A stretch of DNA of 57,937 nucleotides from Candidatus Daviesbacteria bacterium. GTDB lineage: Bacteria > Patescibacteriota > Microgenomatia > Daviesbacterales > UBA10151. A program made the translations under genes and the position numbers. Below the pieces are notes generated by a model. The model was not told where the DNA came from. It did no database searches and saw nothing but the letters and a program-made list of their open reading frames with translations. Below are positions 29,132 through 38,656 of this stretch, piece after piece. The DNA is taken from NCBI GenBank assembly GCA_021731695.1, contig JAKFWZ010000053.1, forward strand, positions 1 through 57,937. Reading direction: 5' to 3'. The stretch's first letter is position 1, and each line of letters opens with the position of its first letter.

Positions 29132-29755
29132 CTATTTAATAATCATCCAGCTCAAAGTCTTATCATTTCTGGGGTCTTTGCTGCCCGATTCCGGATGACC
29201 GAAAGTGTAAAAGTTTTCAATCTTAAAGGTTTTAACAAAAGCATCAACAACATGACTGACATGACATAAAACATTGTTAGCCCCGGGATCAGTACAGAAG
29301 TAATCGTGTCCGGCAATAATTCCGCCCTTTCTGACTTTATTCCACCAGAAGAAAAGATCTTCAGCGATGTAGGGGAAGCGGTGATCCCCGTCAATATAAA
29401 CAAAGTCTAAACTTCCGTCCTTAAAATCCTTTAGAGCTTCCATGGAAGTCTTTCTGATAATTGTGCAGTCTTTATATGGAGCGAGAGTTCTTTGGGTATG
29501 TCCATATAAAAAATCCTGTCTTTCCTGCGCCTTCTGGCTTCTGCCTGCGCCTTCGTAAGCTTTCCAGGGATCAATAGCGTACATTTTTAACCCTGCTTTG
29601 CAGAATTTTTCAGTAAATGCTCCTTTATGAATGCCTATTTCTGCTCCTGTTTTGAATCCCATAGCAGCAAAAAACTCAGGAAGTTCTTCCCTTGAATTGT
29701 CAGGGATATGAGCCGGTGCACCTTTTAGTTGTTTTATACCGTCGATTAATTTCAT
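29132..29755 (-). CDS. Class I methyltransferase, tandem paralog 2
   Basis: Same motifs, MKLID start. Confidence 0.85.
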   Translation of the reverse strand: MKLIDGIKQLKGAPAHIPDNSREELPEFFAAMGFKTGAEIGIHKGAFTEKFCKAGLKMYAIDPWKAYEGAGRSQKAQERQDFLYGHTQRTLAPYKDCTIIRKTSMEALKDFKDGSLDFVYIDGDHRFPYIAEDLFFWWNKVRKGGIIAGHDYFCTDPGANNVLCHVSHVVDAFVKTFKIENFYTFGHPESGSKDPRNDKTLSWMIIK

Positions 29756-29811
29756 AGTTAGTTAGTTAGTTAGTTAGTTTTGCGATGAACGAATAACGAA
29801 TAACGAACTAA

Positions 29812-30426
29812 CTATTTAACAAACATCCAACTCCGCCATTTATCTCTTTTTTCGCCTTCTTTTTTATCTTTGCTTCCGAGTAAAAACCAATTAGTAATTC
29901 CAAAAGCTGCAACATAGGCTTTAAGAACATAGGCCACATGCCAGATCTGCGCACCAGTCCCGGTTTTAACAAAAAAGTAATCATGTCCCGCGACTATTCC
30001 GCCCTTTCTAACTTTTTTTGTCCATTCAGCCAGATCCTCGGCAATATAACGAAATTCATGGTTTGCGTCAATATAAACAAAGTCCAGGCTTTCATCTTCA
30101 AAATCCTCTACAGCTTCCATTGAGGTTTTTCTAATAATTTCTGCGTTTGGAAAGGGGGCTAAAACCCTCTGGGTATGCTCATACTGAAAGTCGAGTCTTG
30201 CCTGGCCCCTGGGGTTTTCAAATCCTTTATATATTTGCCAGGGATCAATTGCATAAAGCTTTAGTCCGGCTTTGGCTAATTTCTCTGAAAACTCACCTTT
30301 ATAAACTCCTATTTCAGCTCCGGTTTTAAATCCCATATCAACGAAAAATTGAGGTAAATCATCGCGCGAACAATCGGGAATTTCGAAAGGCCGGCCTTTT
30401 TCTTTTATGGCGTCAATTAGTTTCAT
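29812..30426 (-). CDS. Class I methyltransferase, tandem paralog 3
   Basis: Same motifs; start codon abuts a MITE. Confidence 0.85.
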   Translation of the reverse strand: MKLIDAIKEKGRPFEIPDCSRDDLPQFFVDMGFKTGAEIGVYKGEFSEKLAKAGLKLYAIDPWQIYKGFENPRGQARLDFQYEHTQRVLAPFPNAEIIRKTSMEAVEDFEDESLDFVYIDANHEFRYIAEDLAEWTKKVRKGGIVAGHDYFFVKTGTGAQIWHVAYVLKAYVAAFGITNWFLLGSKDKKEGEKRDKWRSWMFVK

Positions 30427-30542
30427 CCCGTTAGAAGCAGATCGCGATCAATCTATCGATGACCGGCTCCTTTCTTATTAATTCCATATAGTCTTTTATT
30501 ATCATAATCTAATGCGTCCTGCGATCGCGGCTTCTAACGGGA
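30426..30542. mobile_element. MITE of the CCCGTTAGAAG family
   Basis: tcccgttagaagc ... gcttctaacggga IR; TCA(T) duplicated on both sides. Confidence 0.75.
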
Positions 30543-30829
30543 TCATGGTTTCTTGCTTCGGGTAAGATTTTCCCCGTTAGATGTAGGAACTGTTTTAGCC
30601 TATTTTTTAAGTAGCGTTTACCCATCCCGGATTTTAAATATTTTTCCCTTGCTTGTGCATCTTCTTCATTAATACATGCTTCATAATATATTAGTTTCCA
30701 AGGACCTCGTGATTTTGTCCATGTTGATTTGCCTTCAGTATGTTCTTTGAAACGCTTCCGCAAGTCGACTGTATAACCAGTGTACATTTTTCCGTCCTTT
30801 TCACTTTTTAATATATACGTATAAAACAT
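30509..30829 (-). CDS. Stand-alone GIY-YIG nuclease; C-terminus reads into repeat ends
   Basis: 'FYTYILKS...YTGYT.DLRKR..EH...PWKLIYYEA...AREKYLKSGMG'; ccccgttaga at 30572. Confidence 0.9.
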   Translation of the reverse strand: MFYTYILKSEKDGKMYTGYTVDLRKRFKEHTEGKSTWTKSRGPWKLIYYEACINEEDAQAREKYLKSGMGKRYLKNRLKQFLHLTGKILPEARNHDPVRSRDRRTH

Positions 30830-30865
30830 AATTTAGTACGGGATCATAGTTTCTTAGGCAGGGTA

Positions 30866-32443
30866 CTAGGATTTAGTAACAAATATTCCATAATCATAAA
30901 AATATAAAAAATCAATATTTGTTTTGAGAAAGCATTTTAACGCGTCCTCAGGCGTTTCGACAATGGGTTCATCGTCGTTGAAACTAGTATTGAGAAGGAT
31001 CGGGACCCCAGAGATTGATTGCCACTTTTTTATGAGGTTATAAAACCAGTGATTTAATTCTTTTTTGACAGTTTGAAATCTGGCAGTTCCGTCAACATGT
31101 ATAACAGCCGGAACCTGATCTTTTTTATTTTCCTTAAACTTTACAGCAAATGACATATATGGACTGTCGTAATTTTCCTCAAACCAATCGTCGACACTTT
31201 CCTCAAGGATGGACGGTGCGAAGGGGCGAAACCATTGCCTGTGTTTAACCTTGTCATTGATATATTTCTTCATCTCCGGATTTCTCGGATCAGCTAAAAT
31301 GCTTCTGTTGCCCAAAGCCCGTCTGCCTGATTCAGAACCTCCGCCGAAAACAGCGACTATTTTTTGATCATTAATCTTATTTAAAACAAAATCATCTGTA
31401 GTTTTGCTAATTTTGATCCGGGTTTTATAAGACTTCAGAGCTGCATTTATATCTTTTTTCGAGTACACTTTTCCCAAATAGGGAGACTGATTCTGAGGTT
31501 TATTTTTGATTCGCGGATTGCCTAAAACGTGGTGCCATAAGTATCGGGCTGATCCTAAAGCCAGCCCCGCGTCATAAGGAACAGGGTCACAAAAAACATT
31601 TTTTATTTTTGGAATTCTGCGTTTAATTTTTCCCAGCATTACAGAATTTAAAGAGACCCCTCCTGAAAAGCAGATATTTTCATGACCTAATCCATTAACG
31701 AAATTTTTAAGATGAGCAAATAATAGATTCTCTGAGTATTCCTGAAGAGACGCAGCAACATTGAATTTTTCCTGTTCTGAAGATTGGGCGAGGCGTGCTA
31801 ATTGCGGTCGGTTTTTTTCAAACTCGTTAAACAATTCAGTATATTTAGGCTCACCAAGCGCTGCCATGGCCATAACCGTACCCTCCTGACCGCCTTTTGG
31901 AGGACCTACGGACAAACCAAATATCCATTTCGTTGACCGGTTCCAGATTCCTCCTATCGGGACTTGTTTTGAATCAAATATTTGGATTCTTTTGATTCTT
32001 TTGCCCAGCCCTTCGTCTATCGTGAATGATGTCGGGACACGGCCTTCCTCGTTTCCGTAACCGTCAATGGCTACTATAAGAGCTCTGTCGAAATTGCTGG
32101 TGTAATAGGCGTTTGCGCCATGACTTAAATGATGTCCAAACTCATAGTACTCGCCATGACTTTTTCTTAGTATTTCGTTCATTTTGTCGATACTGTTTTG
32201 CTCATGGCAGACTTCATGGTACCGGCGTCTTGCTTTGCCAACTACATTAGCAAAGGTGAAGTAATTAATGCCGCTTAGATTTTGCTGCCTGTCCAGAAAG
32301 AATTTCAACCCGTCTCCGTATTCCATTTTTTTTCTGCTAAATCTTTCCCATTCTTCATGAATAACCGGAATGCCATTTTCCAAAATACAATATGAGACAT
32401 CATGCCCTGAGTGAAAACCAACTATTTTTGTTTTACTTCTCAT
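30866..32443 (-). CDS. Carbamoyltransferase (NodU/CmcH family)
   Basis: 'HD.S', 'HHLSH', 'SGGVSLN', 'DAGLALG', 'RALGNRSILADPR', 'VKHRQWFRPFAPS', 'LNTSFN..EPIVE'. Confidence 0.92.
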   Translation of the reverse strand: MRSKTKIVGFHSGHDVSYCILENGIPVIHEEWERFSRKKMEYGDGLKFFLDRQQNLSGINYFTFANVVGKARRRYHEVCHEQNSIDKMNEILRKSHGEYYEFGHHLSHGANAYYTSNFDRALIVAIDGYGNEEGRVPTSFTIDEGLGKRIKRIQIFDSKQVPIGGIWNRSTKWIFGLSVGPPKGGQEGTVMAMAALGEPKYTELFNEFEKNRPQLARLAQSSEQEKFNVAASLQEYSENLLFAHLKNFVNGLGHENICFSGGVSLNSVMLGKIKRRIPKIKNVFCDPVPYDAGLALGSARYLWHHVLGNPRIKNKPQNQSPYLGKVYSKKDINAALKSYKTRIKISKTTDDFVLNKINDQKIVAVFGGGSESGRRALGNRSILADPRNPEMKKYINDKVKHRQWFRPFAPSILEESVDDWFEENYDSPYMSFAVKFKENKKDQVPAVIHVDGTARFQTVKKELNHWFYNLIKKWQSISGVPILLNTSFNDDEPIVETPEDALKCFLKTNIDFLYFYDYGIFVTKS

Positions 32444-33113
32444 CTCTTTTTACTCCGTGAAGGTAAAATGCCCGGGCCGTTTTGCCGGATCCCCAATAAG
32501 GAATGGAGGGGATTGGGGTTCTATCAGAGTGAGTGTAATATCGCATTCCTTTGTGGGTTTTAATCTGGAAAACCGGATTCTCGCTTTTCCAGTAATAAAT
32601 CTTATCAAACACATCAGGTTTACGCGTGCGTTCCTTAGGGAAATTTTTTTCTTCGGCTGACCATTTTGGTGCGCCCTCGAATAATTTGTTCAGGGTTTGC
32701 AAATAAAATTCGCGGCCAACGATTTGGGCATGAGTCGCGCCTTCTTCCTTATAAAAATAATAATCCCGCGCATCAGGCATAACGTATAAATTGCTGTCCC
32801 TATAGCATTTATCTAAGTTCGGAGGCACGAATTCAAAATAATCAGGAGGATAAAGGCAGTCTGCTTCAGCAGAAATTACAAATGGGGTAGCGGCAATTTC
32901 AAGCGCAATCTGAACCTGACGGAACATATTAAAGCCGGAAGTTCCAACATCGCCAACACAGATATTTTTACCTAAATCAATTGGTTTTTGGGAAACGCTG
33001 ATGATTGGTAAACCGCCTGAAACCTTTAACAAATTTTCAATAACCCGCGCTTCGAATCCCGGATCTTCACGATTGGAGGTGTAGTAAATAATGGTAGCGT
33101 CTGTTCTTTTCAT
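32433..33113 (-). CDS. GT-A-like hypothetical protein
   Basis: 'IIYYTSN', 'LPIISVSQKPID.G.NI', 'AEADCLYPPDYF'. Confidence 0.55.
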   Translation of the reverse strand: MKRTDATIIYYTSNREDPGFEARVIENLLKVSGGLPIISVSQKPIDLGKNICVGDVGTSGFNMFRQVQIALEIAATPFVISAEADCLYPPDYFEFVPPNLDKCYRDSNLYVMPDARDYYFYKEEGATHAQIVGREFYLQTLNKLFEGAPKWSAEEKNFPKERTRKPDVFDKIYYWKSENPVFQIKTHKGMRYYTHSDRTPIPSIPYWGSGKTARAFYLHGVKRDEK

Positions 33114-34339
33114 ATTCTTACTCTTAACCCAATTTTTTTATTTAATAAAGTGGGGAAGTTGGTTTGTTTAAGGTATTCATAAATTGGCGCTTTGTAATTT
33201 TTGTTTTTAAGATCTGGCGACAGCCATAGAAATTCCTGAACGACATCGCGGTCCAAAAAAGGGTAGCGGGTTTCAATAGAATGAGAACCTGCAACATATT
33301 CTTCTTTGCCTAAATATGAATATTGATAGCCTTCATAAAAATTTTCCCACAGTGTTAATTTATCAGGAAACTTTCCCTTAAAGGTACTTTGGTGGGGTTT
33401 TAGTGCGTAATCACCGATTATTTCATCAGCTCCCTGTCCGCTTAAATATACCTTTCTGCCTTCTGAATGCGCATCCCGGCAGATTTTGGAAAGCCCTAAA
33501 GAAGCACTATCGCTTTTTAGGGTCTGGGGGATTTTATATTTAAATTCCTCAATGTTATTTTTGATCCATTCGGGTTCATCTTGAAAATCCTGAGATTTGT
33601 CTAAATATTCATAATCAGGAACCAGTTTCATTCTATCCTCCAAAACGCCTTTATCTTCATTTCCGGCAATGATATAAGCTTTGAAATCTACTTCTTGTTT
33701 TAATAATTCAGCTGCAATTGCCCCGCTGTCATAACCGGAGGAGAGTCCAATAAAACAACCGTCAACAACCCGTTTTTTTATTGATGAGCGAAAGGCTGCA
33801 ATCCAATCTTCGTAGTGATTTTTGTGCTGATTTAGGTCAAATTCGTAAATTTTTTTGCTTTCAGCCGATCCGACCTGCCTGCCGGCAGGCAGGTTAAAAT
33901 TTACAATCTCGATTGTATTTGCCGGGATCTTTTTTCCGCCGACACCAGATTCATAACTTGCGCACTCCAAACCATTTCGCCAAAGGGGTTTTGTGGCAAA
34001 TAAATCCGTTGCGAAAACTGCCAATTTTTTATTGAAATCATATAAAGCGATTGCCCATTCACCGTCTAAGTGTTTTATAAAATCAGGTCCATATTTTTTG
34101 TATAGGGGAATTAAGTTTTCGCCATCGCTTTTGATAAATTTATGATTATATATTTCTCCGTTATAGAGACAAATTATTCCATCTTCTTCATAAGGCTGGG
34201 GAGTGAGCTCGCCGGTTATCGATAGAAGATTATGAATAAAAGTGAACCCATGCGATTCTATTTTATTTGTTAAATCCTGCCCGCGTTTTTGGATATAAAA
34301 ATTATTTCCCTCGTGTTTGAAAACTAGGATACCGCACAT
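33110..34339 (-). CDS. Asparagine synthetase B-like glutamine amidotransferase
   Basis: MCGI N-terminal Cys, 'NGEIYN', 'LSSGYDSG', 'LSGQGADEI', 'ETRYPFLD'. Confidence 0.88.
   Translation of the reverse strand: MCGILVFKHEGNNFYIQKRGQDLTNKIESHGFTFIHNLLSITGELTPQPYEEDGIICLYNGEIYNHKFIKSDGENLIPLYKKYGPDFIKHLDGEWAIALYDFNKKLAVFATDLFATKPLWRNGLECASYESGVGGKKIPANTIEIVNFNLPAGRQVGSAESKKIYEFDLNQHKNHYEDWIAAFRSSIKKRVVDGCFIGLSSGYDSGAIAAELLKQEVDFKAYIIAGNEDKGVLEDRMKLVPDYEYLDKSQDFQDEPEWIKNNIEEFKYKIPQTLKSDSASLGLSKICRDAHSEGRKVYLSGQGADEIIGDYALKPHQSTFKGKFPDKLTLWENFYEGYQYSYLGKEEYVAGSHSIETRYPFLDRDVVQEFLWLSPDLKNKNYKAPIYEYLKQTNFPTLLNKKIGLRVRI
33873..33894. repeat. Perfect 22-bp palindrome inside CDS (encodes LPAGRQV)
   Basis: acctgcctgccggcaggcaggt, GC-rich in an AT-rich gene. 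Confidence 0.8.
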
Positions 34340-34343
34340 GAAT

Positions 34344-34919
34344 TTAAAGTTTATTCGTTACAATAATTACATTATCATCTCTGAATCTGCGCCTCAGTTT
34401 TGGTATTTCACAATTATACATACTTAAAGCGGCGGCAACTTTTTCCGGCTCTGAAGCATCCTCGACTATGTAAATAACATTTTTATTAACGATTGGCATT
34501 AAGGTTAGGCAACTAAAAATTTGATCTTCAGTTTTATGAGAGCCGTCGTCTACGATTAGATCAACATCCGAAACAATTTTCTTAATGAGATTTTCTAAAT
34601 CCTCTTTTTTTGTTTGGTCGCAGAGGAAACTTTCGATCCGTTCATCATTATAAAGAGCATTAGGAAGTATATCGATTCCATATATTTGAGCATTTGGAAA
34701 AAACTCCCGCCACATCAGTAAGCTTGCACCAGTTTGATAATCTCGCCACTTAAGTGCCATTTCGCGATACCCTATTCCTATTTCTAAAACCTTTTTTGTA
34801 GTGTCTATCTTATCTTTCAGAAGTTCATAGTAGGTGGGGGTAAAAGGGTGTTTAATTTGAGGGCATTTATCTGATAAATATTTAAATGCGAGCTCGCTTA
34901 AAAGATCTATCTTATCCAT
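34344..34919 (-). CDS. SAM-dependent methyltransferase, paralog of 27890..28429
   Basis: 'KVLEIGIG', 'MWREFFPNAQIYGID', 'DDGSH'. Confidence 0.8.
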   Translation of the reverse strand: MDKIDLLSELAFKYLSDKCPQIKHPFTPTYYELLKDKIDTTKKVLEIGIGYREMALKWRDYQTGASLLMWREFFPNAQIYGIDILPNALYNDERIESFLCDQTKKEDLENLIKKIVSDVDLIVDDGSHKTEDQIFSCLTLMPIVNKNVIYIVEDASEPEKVAAALSMYNCEIPKLRRRFRDDNVIIVTNKL

Positions 34920-34983
34920 GGAAGCTATACTAGTATAAAAAAATATTCATGTCATCAGGTAAAAGGTTGGAAATAAAGTGTGA

Positions 34984-36291
34984 CTACTGACAAGCGGTGG
35001 GTGGAGTGGAAGAAACTGTTAACACCCCGCTATCTAAAGTTACATAACCAACTCCGCCGGCAGTATCACCCATAACAATACAGCCAGGAACGCTAGAGGA
35101 ACCTGAATATATCTTCTTAGCATGAGTATTGGCGTTCCCATTAGCAGATCCAAAATAGACATCTGTTAAGGATGAGTTTCCAAGGACTGCTTTATTAGCC
35201 CCAGCACCGATCGCAGCTTGTCCGATAACTATGCTGTTATTGTCATTATTATCGTAACCCTGAACATTGGCACCTATGTATACGCTGTTATTAGCAGTAG
35301 TTAAGGGAGTATTTCCATCTGATTGATAAAATGCTGTATTTGTTCCGATTAAAACATTACTGATTCCTGTTGTTATCCGTGAGCCGGAACTGTCGCCGAT
35401 TGCAACGTTCGAACCATCTGTTGTGATGGAGCCTAATGAACTGAAGCCTATCCCAATATTGTTGCCTGCGGTGGTGTTGCTTTCTAGTGCTCCCATACCC
35501 AACGCTACATTTTTGTCGCCTGTTGTATTTACTTCGAGCGCGCGGAACCCTAGTGCTGTGTTGTAGCTGCCTGTTGTAGTGCTATCTAAGGCGTGTGAGC
35601 CGATTGCAGTATTATCCTCTCCGTTGAAAGAGCCTGATGACAAGGCGCTGTTTCCAATAGCTGTATTGTGGTTGGAGCTTGAGATAGAGTTAAGGACATT
35701 GTGTCCAAATGCTGTATTCGTAAGTAGTGAACGCCCGCCACGGCCGACAGTCATTGAGTTCACGATTGCATCATTAGTAGAGGTGAGAGCGTCTGCTGTC
35801 AGGTTGTGTAAACCTAAGTTAACATCTGAAGTTGCTCCGGTGTATGGGACTAGATTGGAGACATCTACATTTACATTGCCGGTGATGGTTCCGGTGACAT
35901 CAAGATTTCCGGTTATTTTAGTATTTCCAGTTACATCAAGTGTGGAAGCAGGTGAGGAGATGCCGATACCAAGTCTTTTGTTTGTATCATCCCAAAATAA
36001 ATTAGAGTTGTCTTGTGTGATGGAAGTACCATTAGAAAATAGTAGAGAGCCTGCAGAAAATGAATCGGCTCCTGTTCCTCCTCTGGAAACAGGTAACAGT
36101 CCCAGCCAGCCAATAGAATGGACACGATTTGCTGAAGAAATTGTAATATTCGAGTCATTCTGAAATGTTTGATTCTGACCTGATAGTCCGTTTAAGGTTC
36201 TTATGTCAGCGAATGCCTCTGAAGGCGAAAGGAAAGAAGGTAAAAGAAGTAGTGATGTGGCTATTGAGCCTAATAGCTTAAAACCTCTCAT
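34984..36291 (-). CDS. Secreted fibre/adhesin-like protein with beta-helix repeats
   Basis: Signal peptide; 'LPVSRGGTG', 'WDDTNKRLGIG...P...LDV.G', ~14-aa 'NTA(I/L)G..AL...TTG' repeats. Confidence 0.75.
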   Translation of the reverse strand: MRGFKLLGSIATSLLLLPSFLSPSEAFADIRTLNGLSGQNQTFQNDSNITISSANRVHSIGWLGLLPVSRGGTGADSFSAGSLLFSNGTSITQDNSNLFWDDTNKRLGIGISSPASTLDVTGNTKITGNLDVTGTITGNVNVDVSNLVPYTGATSDVNLGLHNLTADALTSTNDAIVNSMTVGRGGRSLLTNTAFGHNVLNSISSSNHNTAIGNSALSSGSFNGEDNTAIGSHALDSTTTGSYNTALGFRALEVNTTGDKNVALGMGALESNTTAGNNIGIGFSSLGSITTDGSNVAIGDSSGSRITTGISNVLIGTNTAFYQSDGNTPLTTANNSVYIGANVQGYDNNDNNSIVIGQAAIGAGANKAVLGNSSLTDVYFGSANGNANTHAKKIYSGSSSVPGCIVMGDTAGGVGYVTLDSGVLTVSSTPPTACQ

Positions 36292-36517
36292 ACCTTACTC
36301 TAATCTTTATTATTTATGTTATGCAAGGGATCGTTTTGAGAGAAAATATTATTTAAGTCCATAACTATTAAAAATTTTGAGCAATCTCTCGGGCAGTATC
36401 TCCCATGACGATACAAGCAGGAACAGTAGAGGTCTACTGAGGCCTTTGTAGGTTAGAAGTCTTAGGGAATGTATTTCTTGAAAATTGGGGCAAACAAGGA
36501 TTATATTAAGGTCAAAT

Positions 36518-37006
36518 ATGAATGATGATTGGGGGATAGTCTATTATCAAGGCCCAACTCAGAGCAACTCTCCGATTCAGGAATTTATTGAAAGCTTAGA
36601 GAAAAGAGCTCAAAATAAGATAGTAAGAACTTTAGAACTTCTTGAGAGCTATGGACTCAAATTGGGGATGCCATACACTAAGAAAATGGCAGGTACAGAT
36701 TTATGGGAATTAAGAATATTGGGGCAAGATAACTTAAGAATTTTTTATGTAGCTATAACCGGTAAATCATTCTTACTCTTGCATGGTTTCAATGAAGCTC
36801 CACGGGCTTACGCCCGTGGTTTTTCTAGCTTCAAGCGACAAAGGTCGCTTGTCCTCACACTTCGTGCTCGGAAAAATCTTCATCCACGAGCTAATGCTCG
36901 AGGTTTTAAGATTTGTCGCTATAAAAAGAAGCAAAAAACTGATAAAAAAGAAATAGAAACTGCTCTTGCTAGGTTAAGGGATTTCCATTTCCGTAAGTCA
37001 AGCTAA
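36518..37006 (+). CDS. RelE/HigB-like toxin carrying an in-frame insertion
   Basis: 'P.TKKM...LWELRI....RIFY....F.LLHGF' [44-aa insert] 'KKKQKT.KKEIE.A'. Confidence 0.8.
   Translation: MNDDWGIVYYQGPTQSNSPIQEFIESLEKRAQNKIVRTLELLESYGLKLGMPYTKKMAGTDLWELRILGQDNLRIFYVAITGKSFLLLHGFNEAPRAYARGFSSFKRQRSLVLTLRARKNLHPRANARGFKICRYKKKQKTDKKEIETALARLRDFHFRKSS
36791..36922. mobile_element. Non-autonomous palindromic element, IS200/IS605-end-like
   Basis: Two subterminal hairpins (ccacgggc-ttac-gcccgtgg; cgagc-taat-gctcg) interrupting the conserved HGF-KK motif. Confidence 0.65.
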
Positions 37007-37015
37007 TATGTTGTA

Positions 37016-37035
37016 ATATCACAAAATTGTGATAT
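37016..37035. promoter_or_regulatory. Palindromic operator overlapping the antitoxin promoter
   Basis: ATATCACAA-aa-TTGTGATAT overlapping TATAAT upstream of ATG 37048. Confidence 0.6.
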
Positions 37036-37047
37036 AATGAATTTAAT

Positions 37048-37320
37048 ATGGATTTCAAAACACACAAAAAACAATTATTAAAGGATCCTGAGTTCAGAAA
37101 AATCTATGAAGAAACTGAGCTTGAGTTTCAAATTGCCAAAGCTGTTATTGAGGCCAGGATAAATAGGGGACTTTCCCAAAAAGACTTAGCAGAAAAGTTA
37201 CATACCAAACAATCTGTTATCTCAAGGGTAGAAAATGCTAAAACTACTCCTTCGTTATCCTTCCTGAAGAGATTAGCCGAAGCTCTTAATGTTTCACTCC
37301 AGGTACAACTTAGAGCCTAA
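37048..37320 (+). CDS. XRE/HigA-like HTH antitoxin
   Basis: 'AR...GLSQKDLAEKL.TKQSVISRVEN...PSL.FL.RLA.AL'. Confidence 0.85.
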   Translation: MDFKTHKKQLLKDPEFRKIYEETELEFQIAKAVIEARINRGLSQKDLAEKLHTKQSVISRVENAKTTPSLSFLKRLAEALNVSLQVQLRA

Positions 37321-37343
37321 GCAAAGCTTACGATTCGACGATG

Positions 37344-38033
37344 TTACTTAATTCCATATTTGTTAAATATGATGGTTAATCTTTCCGGCAGTATATTGCG
37401 ATAAAGAGCAAGATGCTTTCTTTTATGGGGATGGAAGTGGGCGACGTTGGCTTTTGTTCCGGCGATTTTTAAGTTTTCCTCAATTTTATATATCCCTAAA
37501 TTGTAGGCGGGACTTAATAGAGTGTATCTGCTGTTAATGTTATTGATATTGTTCTGCCACATATAGGTCAATGCATTTTGTTCATTAGTTCCTCTGAGGG
37601 TCATATATTTCCAAATATCTTCAAAAATATCTTGCGCGGTTTCTTTAAAGAAGAAGCTGCCGGCATTCCAGACATGGGAGTATGCGCCATGGGTTGTAAA
37701 GGCAGAATCTGTTTTTAGAGCGAGATCGAATAGCTCGAGCTGAAAAGCATCGTGATCGTGGAACCAATAAATAATGCCATCTTCGAAGAAGCCTTTTTTG
37801 AAAAGTTCATTAATTGCCGGGATTTTGGTTGAGCGGTTTTGGTCAAAGACCTCATAGTCATCGACAATTACAGATTTAACGCCGCGGTATTCATAAGGAA
37901 AATTGGTAACCAGAATTATATCTTTAGGATCCCATCCTAACTCAAGGCTATTATCGACCTGAATTTTAGTAAGGTCATCGTGTTCTTTGGAAAATTGCTT
38001 TGAGGGATTGATGTAGATCAGCAGGTTTTTCAT
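37344..38033 (-). CDS. Putative nucleotide-diphospho-sugar transferase
   Basis: DxD 'WFHDHDAF', 'WNAGSFFF', 'EQNAL'. Confidence 0.55.
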   Translation of the reverse strand: MKNLLIYINPSKQFSKEHDDLTKIQVDNSLELGWDPKDIILVTNFPYEYRGVKSVIVDDYEVFDQNRSTKIPAINELFKKGFFEDGIIYWFHDHDAFQLELFDLALKTDSAFTTHGAYSHVWNAGSFFFKETAQDIFEDIWKYMTLRGTNEQNALTYMWQNNINNINSRYTLLSPAYNLGIYKIEENLKIAGTKANVAHFHPHKRKHLALYRNILPERLTIIFNKYGIK

Positions 38034-38557
38034 ACAGAGAAGTCTTTGAGGTCAACGAAGTTGCTTAAGACAGTGGTTCCAGGCTCAACTTCTCTAAAAT
38101 CATAGCGGTATTTGAACAGGGGATAAATTTGGGAATAGTGATAATTTCTTTCTTTAAAGTCATCAGCATCATGAATGATGATATATTGGGCAAGATTTGC
38201 CAGTTTTCGGATTTCTTCGACGCGTCTTGCCGAGGGGGAATGGTCAACTAAAACAACATCCCACTTTTTGTTTATCAATTTTTCAGCATCTTCCCAGTCT
38301 TTCATAAAAACAAACCTGTGCCGGAAAGGTTTGTCTTTACCGGTTTGATAATATTTTCTGACAAAGTTAAACCACATCTCGTGGTTTTCAAGTGTTAGAA
38401 GATATCTTTGCTGCTTTCTGCAGATCCAATGAAGATAAGGGGTGCTGAAAACACCGGGTCCGAGCTCGAGAACGTCACCGGTTGTTCGATTCATCACTTC
38501 CATTAAAACCGGAAGGAAGGTGCTATATCTTATTGAGACGTTCATGTTTGTAGCCAT
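38030..38557 (-). CDS. Methyltransferase-like protein
   Basis: 'GDVLELGPGVFST', 'WDVVLVDH', 'IIIHD'. Confidence 0.6.
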   Translation of the reverse strand: MATNMNVSIRYSTFLPVLMEVMNRTTGDVLELGPGVFSTPYLHWICRKQQRYLLTLENHEMWFNFVRKYYQTGKDKPFRHRFVFMKDWEDAEKLINKKWDVVLVDHSPSARRVEEIRKLANLAQYIIIHDADDFKERNYHYSQIYPLFKYRYDFREVEPGTTVLSNFVDLKDFSV

Positions 38558-38593
38558 AATTTCGTTAATCGTTGCCTCCGAAGGAGGGGTGTA

Positions 38594-38656
38594 TAATCGT
38601 TAATCGTTAATCGTTAATCGTTAATCGTTAATCGTTAATCGTTAATCGTTAATCGT
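38594..38656. repeat. (TAATCGT)n heptamer array starting at a stop codon
   Basis: About 9 units overlapping the TAA of 38649..39533. Confidence 0.9.
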
